Shown here one piece after another: positions 9,365 through 19,115 of a stretch of 64,000 nucleotides of DNA; the first letter of the stretch is position 1, and each line of letters opens with the position of its first letter. The DNA is from an uncultured Actinomycetota bacterium (GTDB lineage: Bacteria; Actinomycetota; Actinomycetes; Propionibacteriales; Nocardioidaceae): the NCBI GenBank assembly GCA_963780355.1, contig CAWABT010000004.1, positions 17,724 to 81,723 on the forward strand, written 5' to 3'. A program made the translations under genes and the position numbers. The notes below the pieces were generated by a model. It made no database searches and was not told the DNA's origin. It saw nothing but the letters and a program-made list of their open reading frames with translations.

Positions 9365-9883
9365 ATGGACAGCGCAGCACCAGCCACGGCGCGGACCCGG
9401 GCCAAGGCGCTCAGCGGACTCCTGCTCCTGGTCGTCCTGCTGGTCGGGACGCTCCGGGCCGACGCAGGCACCGCCGGGCTCCCGTCCGAGTCGAGTCGCA
9501 GCGGCCACGCGGTCGCCAAGGTCGGCATCCGCGGCATCGCGACCGGACGGCTCACGCCCGGCCGGATGACCACGGTGCGGATCCAGCTGCGGAACAGGAC
9601 CACGTACCCGGTCTACGTCAGCAGGATCCGGATCCGGATCACCAAGGTCGTCGCACCGCGAGCCACGGCCCTCCGGCCGTGCACCACGAAGGACTTCCGG
9701 ATCCGCCAGATCAAGTCGAACGTCCGGATCCGCGTCGCACCCCGACGCGGGGCCTGGGTTCCGAAGGCCAAGCGGCCGGCGATCGGCATCGTCAACCGGC
9801 GGGTCAACCAGGACGGCTGCAAGGGCGCCGTCGTCCGGCTGAAGTACACCGCCTACCGGGTCCAGCGAGCTCCGCGCCGCTGA
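9365..9883 (+). CDS. Secreted pilin-like paralog 2, extremely cationic
   Basis: Signal/TM segment; LTPG..NRTTYPVYV, two Cys, NQDGCKGAVVRLKY; start ATG 9365 or GTG 9353. Confidence 0.7.
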   Translation: MDSAAPATARTRAKALSGLLLLVVLLVGTLRADAGTAGLPSESSRSGHAVAKVGIRGIATGRLTPGRMTTVRIQLRNRTTYPVYVSRIRIRITKVVAPRATALRPCTTKDFRIRQIKSNVRIRVAPRRGAWVPKAKRPAIGIVNRRVNQDGCKGAVVRLKYTAYRVQRAPRR

Positions 9884-9930
9884 GCCGGAACCACGAAACC
9901 ACGAGAAGCACGAGAGAGGAGGTGAGCACG

Positions 9931-10431
9931 ATGGCAGCACGACTGCGTCGGCTCACCTCCGCTCGCGTTCTCAAGCCCCTCGCGGGTCTGGCGGTCGTGA
10001 TCCTCGTCGTCGTCGGCGGCCCGGCCGCCGGCTGGTGGACCGCCGCCGGCGCCGGCACCGCGACCGGCAGCACCGGGACCACCGTGGACCTCACGCTCGA
10101 CCCCGGCACCGCGTCGGCGCAGCTCTACCCCGGCGGTGCCGGCGACGTCGTGCTCACGATCACCAACCCCAACGGCTCGCCCGTGCGGGTCGGCAGCCTG
10201 GACCTCGCCAGCGCCCAGGGCACCGGCGGCTATTCCGTCGATGGCGCCCATTCCGCGTGCGGCGTCGGTAGCCTGACCTACACCCCCCAGACCAACGGCG
10301 GCGCCGGCTGGACCGTGCCGGCGAACGGGTCGACGAACGTCACGCTCACCGGAGCGCTGGCGATGTCCGTCTCCGCCGCCAACGCCTGCCAGGGCGCCAC
10401 CTTCACCGTCTACCTGCAGGCTGCCCCGTGA
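9931..10431 (+). CDS. Secreted pilin-like paralog 3 with SipW-type signal peptide
   Basis: GGAGG RBS; AAG|WWTAAGAGTATG; LYPG..NPNGSPVRV, two Cys, AANACQGATFTVYL. Confidence 0.75.
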   Translation: MAARLRRLTSARVLKPLAGLAVVILVVVGGPAAGWWTAAGAGTATGSTGTTVDLTLDPGTASAQLYPGGAGDVVLTITNPNGSPVRVGSLDLASAQGTGGYSVDGAHSACGVGSLTYTPQTNGGAGWTVPANGSTNVTLTGALAMSVSAANACQGATFTVYLQAAP

Positions 10432-13400
10432 ACCGTCGTCGCACCTTCGTCACCGCCGTCGTCGCGCTCGCGCTGACGGCGTCGGTGGCGTACGGCTTCT
10501 GGAGCGGCGGCTCGACGCCGGGTGGCGGCGGCAGCTCGAAGGCGCAGACCGTCCCGCAGGGCGGCGTGCCGACCCCGTCGGTCGCCGGCCGCGCGGTCAC
10601 CCTGACCTGGAGCGCCGTCAACCTGCCCGGTGGGCAGCCGGTGGCCGGCTACCAGGTCGGCCGCTACGACGAGGCCAGCTCGGCCCCGCAGACCGTGCTC
10701 TCGGGCTGCACCGGCACCGTCGCCGGGCTGACCTGCACCGAGAGCAACGTGCCCGACGGCCACTGGCGCTACGGGATCATCCCGCGGATCGGCACCAACT
10801 GGCAGGGACCCGAGAGCGCCCTCAGCACCACCGCCCTCGTCGACCAGACCGCGCCGGTCAACGACCTCAGCCTCTCGTCGGTGTCGGGTGGCGCCGCGCT
10901 CGTCGGCACGACGGCGTACTACCGGGGGAGCGCGTCCGGCGGCTTCCGGATCACCAACGCGCTCACCGACGCCACCTCCGGCCCCGCCCGCAGCACGACA
11001 TCCGGGCTCTCCGGACCGGCCGGCGGCCTCAGTCACTCCGGCCTCGCCGTCACCACGCCGGCCGGCGGCCCGTACGTGTCCAACCCGTTCACCTGGACGA
11101 GCGGCACGACGGCCTCCCCGACGTTCACCGTCACCGGTCGGGACGTCGCCGGCAACACCGCCCCCGTCACGCTGACCCTGACCAACGACTCGGCCGCACC
11201 CAGCGCCGGCTCCATCAGCTACCAGGACGGCGCCCTGCCCGGCCGGTCGGTGAGCGTCACCTTCGCCGCCGGCACCGACGCCGGCTCGGGCGTGGCGGTC
11301 CGGCGGCTGCAGCGGTCCTCAGCGCCGGTCTCCGGCGGGTCCTGCGGCTCGTTCACCGCGTACGTCGACATCGCCACCGACCCGACGTCGCCCTACGTCG
11401 ACGCGAACCGCGGACGCGGCTGCTACCGCTACCGGCTCCTGGTCCGCGACCGGGTCGGCAACCAGACCACCGCCACCGGCACCAGCACCGCCCAGGTCGG
11501 CTACGCCGGCGCGGTCGCCGCCACCACCGGCACGAAGGGGGTCTGGCGGCTCGGCGAGTCCGGCCCGCTCACCTCCGACTCCTTCACCGGCACCGTGGGC
11601 GCGACGCTCCAGTCCCGCACGGGCGAGGTCGGCGCCGGCTGGACCAACGCCGGGTTCTCCGACTCGCAGCTCACCGGTGTCACCGGTCGCATCTTCAAGA
11701 GCGGCCTCCTCACCGCCGGCTCCCTCTACTACTCCTCGGCCACGCCGGGCAGTCCCGACTACTCGGTGAGCGCCGACGTCGTCGCCGTCACCCCCGTCGC
11801 GAACGACGCTGCCGGCGTCGTCGGCCGGCTCGCCACCGGCTCCACCACGTTCTACGCCGCGCGGTACGACCGGGCTACCGGCGCCTGGGTGCTGAGCAAG
11901 GTCGTCAACGGCACCTCGACCTCGCTCGGCTCGTGGGCGCAGGCCTTCACCATCGGCACCCAGCGGGTCACGCTGGCCATGGACGGCACCTCGATCCGGC
12001 TCCTCGTGAACGGCGTCGAGCGGGTCGCGGCCACCGACAGCAGCATCACGGCGGCCGGACGTGGCGGCACGCAGCTCGGGTACGTCGCCACCGGCTCGCC
12101 GACCACCATCACTACGCTCACCACCGGCCTCCAGCTCGACAACGTGCTGGTCACGCCGGCCGTCGTCGACGGTGCCGGCACCAACCACGGCGCCTACGGC
12201 CGCGTTCCGACCCTCGGGGTCGCCGGCGCCCTCACCGGTGACGCCGACACCGCCGCAACCTTCGACGGCGTCGACGACTACGCGAGCGTGCGGCGCGCGG
12301 TCTCCGACGACCTGACCGTCGAGTTCTGGTTCAGGTCGACCGGCGGCACGGGCACCGGCTCGCAGTGGTACCAGGCCATGCCGCTGGTCGACTCCGACGC
12401 CGCGGGCGTGGCGAACGACTTCGGCGTCGGGCTCCGCTCGGACGGCAAGGTCGTCGCCGGCGTCGGCAACGGCGCCAGCGAGACCTCGGTCGTCTCCACC
12501 GCCACCGGCCTCAACAACGGCGCGTGGCACCACGTCGCCGCCACCCGGGTGCGCTCCACCGGCCTGCTCACCGTCTACGTGGACGGCGCCGCGTCGGGCA
12601 GCGTCACCGCCGGCACCACCTCCCTCACCGGCTCCCCGATGGTGTTCTTCGGCGCCTCCGCCGACCTCACCCGGTTCCTGACCGGCAGCCTCGACGAGGT
12701 CGCCGTCTACGACCAGGCGCTGGGCGGCGCCGTCGTCGCCGACCACTACGCGCTCGGCTCGGCGCCGGTCGCCGACCTGGCCGGACCGACGGGCGGCTCG
12801 GTGGACGCGACCGGCCTCGTCGGCACCGGCTCGCGGTACTCGACCAGCACCACACTCAACTTGGCGCTCTCCGCCGGCTCCGACCCCAGCGGGCTCGACA
12901 GCGCGACCGCCCGGCTCGACCGCGCCACGGCGCCGCTCACCGGCGGTAGCTGCGGCACCTACGGCGAAGCCGAGACCATCGCCACCGCTCCCACCTCACC
13001 GCGCACCGACGTGGTCGACGACGGCCTCTGCTACCGCTACGAGTACGTCGTGAGCGACACCCAGGGCAACGGCACCACCTACACCAGCGGCGACATCAAG
13101 GTCGACACCACCGCGCCCGGTGCGGTCGCCCTGACCCCCACCAGCGGGTCCGGGTCGTACGTCTCCGGCAGCCAGGTCTACTACCGTCCCGCCGCCGCCA
13201 CCCGCACGTTCACCGTCACGGCCAACGTCACGGAGAACGAGTCCGGCATCGCGAGCTACGGCTTCCCGACGATCGGCGCCGGGTGGAGCGCGACCGGGAC
13301 CGGCAACTCCCGCCAGTACACCTGGCCCACGACCTCCACCGTCTCGGGCGCGCAGACCGTCACCGCGACCAGCAACGCCGGCGTCGCGGCCTCGCCCAGC

Positions 13401-14390
13401 GGAAGCTTCACCGTCACCCCCGACAGCACCGCGCCGACCACGAGCGTCACCTACACCGGCGGCATCGCGAACGCCCCGGCAGTGTCGGTCACGACGGCGG
13501 CGTCCGACGCCGGCTCCGGCCTCGCCTCCGTGACCCTCGAGAGGGGTGCGGCCACCCTGACCGGCGCCAGCACCTGCGGTGCCTTCACGTGGAGCCTGCT
13601 CGCCACCAACCCCGCCGCGTCGTACGCCGACACGCTGCCGAGCACCGGGTGCTACCAGTACCGACTGACCGCCACCGACCAGGTGGGCAACACGTTCACC
13701 ACGGCGACCGGCGCGACCGTCATCAACGCCGGGCTCTACGAGAACCGGGTCACCAACACCACCGGCCTGGTGAACTACTGGCGCCTCGGTGAGGCGTCCG
13801 GCACCGCAGCCGCGGACGCCACCGGCGGAGCGAACGGCACCTACACCTCGTCGACGCTGAACCAGGCCGGTGCGCTGAACGGCGACACGAGCACCTCGGT
13901 CACCTTCAACGGCACGAGCAGCTTCGTGAGCGCACCCCGCCAGATCGGTAACAGCTTCTCGATCGAGCTCTGGTTCAAGTCCACCCAGAACGTCACCGCA
14001 GGCAACAAGTGGCGGGTCGGCGCCGCGCTGTTCGACTCCGACGGCAACGGCAACGGCGCCGACTTCGGGTTCTCGCTCGACGGGAGCCAGATCTCCGCGG
14101 GCGTGGCCAACATCAACCCGGTCACCGGCGGCACCGGCCTCAACAACGGCCAGTGGCACCAGGTGGTGTTCACCCGCAACCAGACCAGCGGCGCCCTGGT
14201 CCTGTACGTGGACGGGGCCCAGGTGGCCACGGGCACCGGACCGACGACGGCCCTGACGGCGTCCGCGGTCGTCAACATCGGCCGGTCCACCCAGGCCGCG
14301 CGCTACTTCAACGGCACGATCGACGAGGTGTCGACCTACAGCACGGTGCTGCCGGCAGCCACGGTGCTCGACCACTTCAACAACCGCTGA
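10428..14390 (+). CDS. Large secreted adhesin/lectin: SipW-type signal, Ig/FN3-like repeats, two LamG (ConA-like) domains
   Basis: AYG|FWSG N-terminus; repeats with CG..CY(R/Q)Y..D..GN; LamG motifs WRLGE, EFWF(R/K)ST, LNNG(A/Q)WHHV, G(S/T)(L/I)DEV; GTGA overlap with paralog 3. Confidence 0.85.
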   Translation: MNRRRTFVTAVVALALTASVAYGFWSGGSTPGGGGSSKAQTVPQGGVPTPSVAGRAVTLTWSAVNLPGGQPVAGYQVGRYDEASSAPQTVLSGCTGTVAGLTCTESNVPDGHWRYGIIPRIGTNWQGPESALSTTALVDQTAPVNDLSLSSVSGGAALVGTTAYYRGSASGGFRITNALTDATSGPARSTTSGLSGPAGGLSHSGLAVTTPAGGPYVSNPFTWTSGTTASPTFTVTGRDVAGNTAPVTLTLTNDSAAPSAGSISYQDGALPGRSVSVTFAAGTDAGSGVAVRRLQRSSAPVSGGSCGSFTAYVDIATDPTSPYVDANRGRGCYRYRLLVRDRVGNQTTATGTSTAQVGYAGAVAATTGTKGVWRLGESGPLTSDSFTGTVGATLQSRTGEVGAGWTNAGFSDSQLTGVTGRIFKSGLLTAGSLYYSSATPGSPDYSVSADVVAVTPVANDAAGVVGRLATGSTTFYAARYDRATGAWVLSKVVNGTSTSLGSWAQAFTIGTQRVTLAMDGTSIRLLVNGVERVAATDSSITAAGRGGTQLGYVATGSPTTITTLTTGLQLDNVLVTPAVVDGAGTNHGAYGRVPTLGVAGALTGDADTAATFDGVDDYASVRRAVSDDLTVEFWFRSTGGTGTGSQWYQAMPLVDSDAAGVANDFGVGLRSDGKVVAGVGNGASETSVVSTATGLNNGAWHHVAATRVRSTGLLTVYVDGAASGSVTAGTTSLTGSPMVFFGASADLTRFLTGSLDEVAVYDQALGGAVVADHYALGSAPVADLAGPTGGSVDATGLVGTGSRYSTSTTLNLALSAGSDPSGLDSATARLDRATAPLTGGSCGTYGEAETIATAPTSPRTDVVDDGLCYRYEYVVSDTQGNGTTYTSGDIKVDTTAPGAVALTPTSGSGSYVSGSQVYYRPAAATRTFTVTANVTENESGIASYGFPTIGAGWSATGTGNSRQYTWPTTSTVSGAQTVTATSNAGVAASPSGSFTVTPDSTAPTTSVTYTGGIANAPAVSVTTAASDAGSGLASVTLERGAATLTGASTCGAFTWSLLATNPAASYADTLPSTGCYQYRLTATDQVGNTFTTATGATVINAGLYENRVTNTTGLVNYWRLGEASGTAAADATGGANGTYTSSTLNQAGALNGDTSTSVTFNGTSSFVSAPRQIGNSFSIELWFKSTQNVTAGNKWRVGAALFDSDGNGNGADFGFSLDGSQISAGVANINPVTGGTGLNNGQWHQVVFTRNQTSGALVLYVDGAQVATGTGPTTALTASAVVNIGRSTQAARYFNGTIDEVSTYSTVLPAATVLDHFNNR

Positions 14391-14412
14391 TCCGCCGCCC
14401 TACGCTTTCGGG

Positions 14413-15004
14413 GTGGCCCTGAGGATCGGAGTGCTCGCCCTGCAGGGCGACGTGCGCGAGCACGTCGCCGCGCTCGGCCGGCTCGGGGTCAGCGCGACGA
14501 CGGTGCGTCGCCCGGCCGAGCTCGACGCCGTCGACGCACTCGTCCTGCCGGGCGGTGAGTCCACGACGATGGCCAAGCTCGCCCGCACCTTCGACCTGCT
14601 CGAGCCGCTGCGGCTGCGGGTCAAGGAGGGGATGCCGGCCTTCGGCACCTGCGCCGGGATGATCCTGCTCGCCGACCGGGTGCTCGACGGCGTGCCCGGG
14701 CCAGGAGACGATCGGCGGGCTCGACGTCACCGTCCGCCGCAACGCCTTCGGCCGCCAGGTCGACTCGTTCGAGGGGCCGCTCCGGATCGCCGGCATCGCC
14801 GACCCGGTGCCCGGGGTGTTCATCCGCGCGCCCTGGGTGGAGTCGACCGGACCCGGCGTCGAGGTGCTCGGCCGGGTGGAGGAGGGTGAGGCGGCCGGTA
14901 GGATCGTGGCGGTCCGGCAGGGCCCGCTGATGGCGACGTCGTTCCACCCCGAGATGGGTCACGACCCCCGCGTGCACGCCCTGTTCGTCGACCTGATCCG
15001 CTGA
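14413..15004 (+). CDS. pdxT: PLP synthase glutaminase subunit; +1 frameshift at 14698-14700 (GGG)
   Basis: [31 protein letters not shown] in one frame; [26 protein letters not shown] in the +1 frame; removing one G joins them. Confidence 0.93.
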
Positions 15005-15023
15005 GTCGTAGAGAAGAGAAGGC

Positions 15024-15791
15024 ATGTCCGGGCACAGCAAGTGGGCGACCACGAAGCACAAGAAGGCCGTCATCGACGCCAAGCGCGGCAAGATGTTCGC
15101 CAAGCTCATCAAGAACATCGAGGTCGCCGCGCGCACCGGTGGCGGCGACCCGTCCGGCAACCCGACGCTCTACGACGCCATCCAGAAGGCCAAGAAGAGC
15201 TCGGTCCCGAACGACAACATCGACCGCGCGGTCAAGCGCGGCTCCGGTGACGACACCGGCGGCGCCGACTACCAGACGATCATGTACGAGGGCTACGGCC
15301 CGGCCGGCGTCGCGCTGCTCATCGAGTGCCTCACCGACAACAAGAACCGCGCGGCCATGGAGGTCCGCATGGCGATGACCCGCAACGGCGGCTCGCTCGC
15401 CGACCCCGGCTCGGTCTCCTTCCTCTTCAACCGCAAGGGCGTCGTGCTCGTGCCCGTCGCGCAGGAGGGCCGCACGGTCACCGAGGACGACATCCTCGAG
15501 GCCACCCTCGAGGCCGGCGCCGACGACGTGCAGAGCCTCGGCGACTCCTTCGAGGTCGTCTCGGAGGCCACCGACCTGGTCGCCGTCCGCACCTCGCTCC
15601 AGGCCGCCGGCATCGACTACGACTCCGCCGAGGCCTCGTTCGTGCCCGACAACAAGGTCGAGCTCGACAAGGACGCCGCCGGCAAGCTGTTCCGCCTCGT
15701 CGACGCCCTCGAGGACCTCGACGACGTGCAGGACATCTACGCCAACTACGACGTCAGCGACGCCGTCATGGAGCAGCTCGCCGACGCCTGA
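15024..15791 (+). CDS. yebC: YebC/PmpR family protein
   Basis: [42 protein letters not shown]. Confidence 0.97.
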   Translation: MSGHSKWATTKHKKAVIDAKRGKMFAKLIKNIEVAARTGGGDPSGNPTLYDAIQKAKKSSVPNDNIDRAVKRGSGDDTGGADYQTIMYEGYGPAGVALLIECLTDNKNRAAMEVRMAMTRNGGSLADPGSVSFLFNRKGVVLVPVAQEGRTVTEDDILEATLEAGADDVQSLGDSFEVVSEATDLVAVRTSLQAAGIDYDSAEASFVPDNKVELDKDAAGKLFRLVDALEDLDDVQDIYANYDVSDAVMEQLADA

Positions 15792-16298
15792 CTGTCCTGC
15801 GGGAAGTTCGGGCGCCCGCGCGCGTATCACGACCGGCACCCGCCGTCAAGGGCCTCCGCTTCGCTCCGGTCGCTGCGCGACGGCCTTCGGCCGTCCTTGA
15901 CTGCGGGTCCCGGCCGGTCGGATCCACGGCGCGCAGACGGCACGGGCTCCGCCCGCGCCGTCCGCGCATGCGCGGGCGCCCCACCTTCACCTGGTGTCAC
16001 TTCGCTACCAGTGGGCGTACGAACCTGGACATCTCAGGCGCGGGAATCCGGGGCTGTGATGTCCAGTTTCTTACGCCGTGGTAGCGAAGTGAGCCCCAGG
16101 TGACAGGCTGGTGCGCCGCGCCTGCGCGGACGGCGTGGCGGAGCCCGCCGTTCGTGCGCCGTCGGAACACGCCGGACGAGGACTCGCAGTCAAGGACGCG
16201 CCGAAGGCGCACCGCGCAGCGGCCGGAGCGAAGCGAGGTCCTTGACGGCGAGGCGCCGGCGTGATACGCGCGCGGGCGCACGCAACCCCGACGGACAG
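15792..16298. repeat. ~507-bp nested palindromic element, copy 1
   Basis: Ends CTGTCC...GGACAG; at least six nested inverted-repeat pairs; reverse complement of 25097-25580. Confidence 0.85.
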
Positions 16299-16344
16299 TA
16301 GGCGTGTCGCGGCACGGCCCCACGCGGTCGGTCACCTACGGTTG

Positions 16345-16358
16345 CGAACACACGTTCG
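16345..16358. promoter_or_regulatory. LexA (SOS) box upstream of ruvC
   Basis: CGAAC-ACAC-GTTCG matches the actinobacterial consensus CGAAC-N4-GTTCG, 17 nt before the ruvC GTG. Confidence 0.85.
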
Positions 16359-16375
16359 ACCGAGGGAGGCGACAG

Positions 16376-16912
16376 GTGCGCGTGCTGGGGATCGACCCGG
16401 GGCTGACCCGGTGCGGGCTGGGGGTGGTCGACGGCGACGTCGGCCGGCCGCTGCGGCTCGTCGACGTCGGCGTCCTGCGCACCTCCGCCGACCTGCCGGT
16501 CGCCGAGCGGCTGGTCACGATCGAGCGCGGCGTGGAGGCGTGGCTCGAGGAGCACCGGCCGGACGCCGTCGCGATCGAGCGGGTGTTCGCGCGCTCCGAC
16601 GTCAGCACGGTGATGGGCACCGCCCAGGCCAGCGGCGTGGCGATGGTGGTCGCGGCCCGGCGCGGGCTGCCGATCGCGCTGCACACGCCGAGCGAGGTGA
16701 AGGCCGCCGTGTCCGGCAACGGCCGTGCGGACAAGAAGCAGGTCGCCCAGATGATCGTGCGCATCCTGCGGCTCGACGTCGCCCCGAAGCCGGCCGACGC
16801 CGCCGACGCGCTCGCGCTGGCCATCACCCACATCTGGCGCGGGGGAGCGCAGGCCCGGATCGACGCCGCGCTCGCCGGATCTCGACAGGCTCGATCAACG
16901 GAGGGGTCATGA
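16376..16912 (+). CDS. ruvC: Crossover junction endodeoxyribonuclease
   Basis: [46 protein letters not shown]. Confidence 0.97.
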   Translation: MRVLGIDPGLTRCGLGVVDGDVGRPLRLVDVGVLRTSADLPVAERLVTIERGVEAWLEEHRPDAVAIERVFARSDVSTVMGTAQASGVAMVVAARRGLPIALHTPSEVKAAVSGNGRADKKQVAQMIVRILRLDVAPKPADAADALALAITHIWRGGAQARIDAALAGSRQARSTEGS

Positions 16913-17511
16913 TCGCGTTCGTGCGCGGCGAGGTCGCCGCTCTCAGCCTCGACAGCGCCGTGGTGGAGGTCGGCGGGGTCGGGCTCCAGGTGCAGTGCAC
17001 CCCCGGCACGCTCGCCGGCCTGCGCACCGGGCAGCGCGCCACGCTGCCCACGAGCATGGTGGTGCGCGAGGACTCGCTCACCCTCTACGGCTTCGCCGAC
17101 GAGGAGGAGAAGGTGATCTTCGAGCTCGTGCAGACCGCCTCCGGCGTCGGCCCGAAGGTCGCCCAGGCGATCACGGCGGTGCTCGGCCCCGACGACGTCC
17201 GCCGCGCCATCGCCACCGACGACACCAAGACGCTCACCCAGGTGCCGGGCATCGGCCAGAAGGGTGCGCAGCGGATCATCCTCGAGCTCAAGGACCGCAT
17301 CGGCCCGCCCACCGGCGGCTCGGTCGGCAACGGCGCCGCGCCGGCCGCCGTCGACCCGTGGCGCGACCAGGTCGCGCAGGGTCTGGTCGGGCTCGGCTGG
17401 TCCACCAAGGACGCCGACCGCGCGGTCGACTCGGTGGCCGACGAGGCCGGCGACCAGCCCGACGTCGGCGCCCTGCTCCGCGCGGCGCTGCGCTCCCTGA
17501 GCAAGGCCTGA
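16909..17511 (+). CDS. ruvA: Holliday junction branch migration protein A
   Basis: [43 protein letters not shown]; ATGA overlap with ruvC. Confidence 0.97.
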   Translation: MIAFVRGEVAALSLDSAVVEVGGVGLQVQCTPGTLAGLRTGQRATLPTSMVVREDSLTLYGFADEEEKVIFELVQTASGVGPKVAQAITAVLGPDDVRRAIATDDTKTLTQVPGIGQKGAQRIILELKDRIGPPTGGSVGNGAAPAAVDPWRDQVAQGLVGLGWSTKDADRAVDSVADEAGDQPDVGALLRAALRSLSKA

Positions 17512-17525
17512 CGGAGACTGCAGTG

Positions 17526-18602
17526 ATGCGCGACGACGAGCTGGGGCTGGCCGAGGATGAGCACCTGCGCTCGCTCACGGCCGCCGAGGCCGACGGCGAC
17601 GAGCGGGTCGTCGAGGCCGCGCTGCGGCCCCGCACCCTGGCCGAGGTGGTCGGTCAGCACCGGGTACGCGAGCAGCTCGGGCTGGTGCTCGAGGCCGCCC
17701 GGCGCCGCGGCCGGGCGCCCGACCACGTGCTGCTGTCCGGGCCGCCGGGGCTCGGCAAGACCACGCTCGCGATGATCATCGCGGCCGAGATGAGCGCCCC
17801 GCTGCGGCTCACCAGCGGCCCCGCGATCACCCACGCCGGCGACCTCGCCGCGATCCTGTCGGGCCTCAACGAGGGCGACGTGCTCTTCGTCGACGAGATC
17901 CACCGGATGTCGCGCCCCGCCGAGGAGATGCTCTACCTCGCGATGGAGGACTTCCGGGTCGACGTCGTGATCGGCAAGGGCCCCGGCGCCACGGCGATCC
18001 CGCTCGAGATCCCGCCGTTCACCCTCGTCGGCGCCACCACCCGCGCCGGCCTGCTGCCCGGCCCGCTGCGCGACCGGTTCGGGTTCACCGGCCACCTCGA
18101 GTTCTACGACGCCGCCGAGCTCGACGAGATCGTGCGCCGCTCGGCCCGGCTGCTCGACGTCTCCGTCACCCGCGACGGCGCCGCCGAGATCGCCTCCCGC
18201 TCCCGCGGCACCCCCCGCATCGCCAACCGGCTGCTGCGCCGGGTGCGCGACTACGCCCAGGTGCGCGCCGACGGCGTCGTCACGCTCGACGTCGCCCACG
18301 CCACCCTCGACCTCTACGAGGTCGACCGGCTCGGGCTCGACCGCCTCGACCGCGCCGTGCTCGACGCGCTGTGCCGCCGGTTCAGCGGTGGGCCGGTCGG
18401 GCTCTCCACCCTCGCGGTGGCCGTGGGGGAGGAGCGGGAGACCGTCGAGGAGGTCGCCGAGCCGTTCCTCGTGCGCAGCGGGTTCCTCGCCCGCACCTCG
18501 CGGGGGCGGGTCGCCACGCCGTCCGCCTGGCACCACCTCGGCCTCCGGGCCCCGGCCGCCGGGCCGGACGCCGGGCCGGACGTCGCCCTGTTCGACGACT
18601 GA
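17526..18602 (+). CDS. ruvB: Holliday junction DNA helicase B
   Basis: [46 protein letters not shown]. Confidence 0.98.
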   Translation: MRDDELGLAEDEHLRSLTAAEADGDERVVEAALRPRTLAEVVGQHRVREQLGLVLEAARRRGRAPDHVLLSGPPGLGKTTLAMIIAAEMSAPLRLTSGPAITHAGDLAAILSGLNEGDVLFVDEIHRMSRPAEEMLYLAMEDFRVDVVIGKGPGATAIPLEIPPFTLVGATTRAGLLPGPLRDRFGFTGHLEFYDAAELDEIVRRSARLLDVSVTRDGAAEIASRSRGTPRIANRLLRRVRDYAQVRADGVVTLDVAHATLDLYEVDRLGLDRLDRAVLDALCRRFSGGPVGLSTLAVAVGEERETVEEVAEPFLVRSGFLARTSRGRVATPSAWHHLGLRAPAAGPDAGPDVALFDD

Positions 18603-18637
18603 GTTTCGAGGCTCGCTCCGCTCGCACCTCAACCACC
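18603..18637. repeat. REP-like element, (G)GTTTCGA...CTCAACC family
   Basis: GTTTCGAGGCTCGCTCCGCTCGCACCTCAACCACC directly after the ruvB stop; same terminal motifs at 26889, 38905, 49377 and 49475. Confidence 0.7.
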
Positions 18638-18647
18638 GGGCGAGCGG

Positions 18648-18675
18648 GGGAACCCGGCAGCCGTGCCGGTCGTTG
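18648..18675 (+). promoter_or_regulatory. Candidate SigH/SigR-type ECF promoter upstream of yajC-secDF
   Basis: GGAAC (18649-18653) - N18 - GTT (18672-18674); a separate TACACT -10 at 18715-18720. Confidence 0.5.
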
Positions 18676-18796
18676 GGGGTCTCGGGGATTCGCCGACGGC
18701 CGGAACCTCACCGTTACACTGGCCCGTCGGCCGTCCTGCGCCCCGTGAGGCGCGTGCCGCTTGCTCCCGCATTCGATCGCTGAGAGGTCTCTGTTC

Positions 18797-19114
18797 GTGG
18801 ATGGGCTCATCGGGGTGCTGCCCCTCATCGGGATCGCGCTCGTCTTCTGGCTCCTGATCATCCGGCCGGCTTCGCGCCGCAACAAGGACATGCGCGCGAT
18901 GCAGTCCTCGCTGTCGGTGGGCGACGAGGTGATGCTCACCTCCGGATTCTTCGGCACGGTGCGTGCGCTGCACGACGACCGGCTCGAGGTCGAGCTGGCG
19001 CCGGGCACCGTCGTCACGGTGGCCAAGGGCGCCGTCGGCAACGTCGTGCCCCGGCCGGGCGACGACGTGATCCCGTCCCGCGACGACGAGCCGACCGACC
19101 CCGAGGAGCGCTGA
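18797..19114 (+). CDS. yajC: Preprotein translocase subunit YajC
   Basis: TM segment + WLLIIRP, LSVGDEVMLTSGFFGTV; upstream of secD. Confidence 0.93.
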   Translation: MDGLIGVLPLIGIALVFWLLIIRPASRRNKDMRAMQSSLSVGDEVMLTSGFFGTVRALHDDRLEVELAPGTVVTVAKGAVGNVVPRPGDDVIPSRDDEPTDPEER

Positions 19115-19115
19115 G

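Noticed and set aside
6556-9603. 1015-aa minus-strand ORF and many other long ORFs (e.g. 22694-25252, 27581-29017, 40203-42365, 53029-55533)
   Set aside because: Antisense or off-frame shadows of well-supported genes; expected at this GC content, with no recognisable motifs
14690-14710. Programmed frameshift in pdxT
   Set aside because: No slippery heptamer or stimulatory structure seen; a homopolymer indel is simpler
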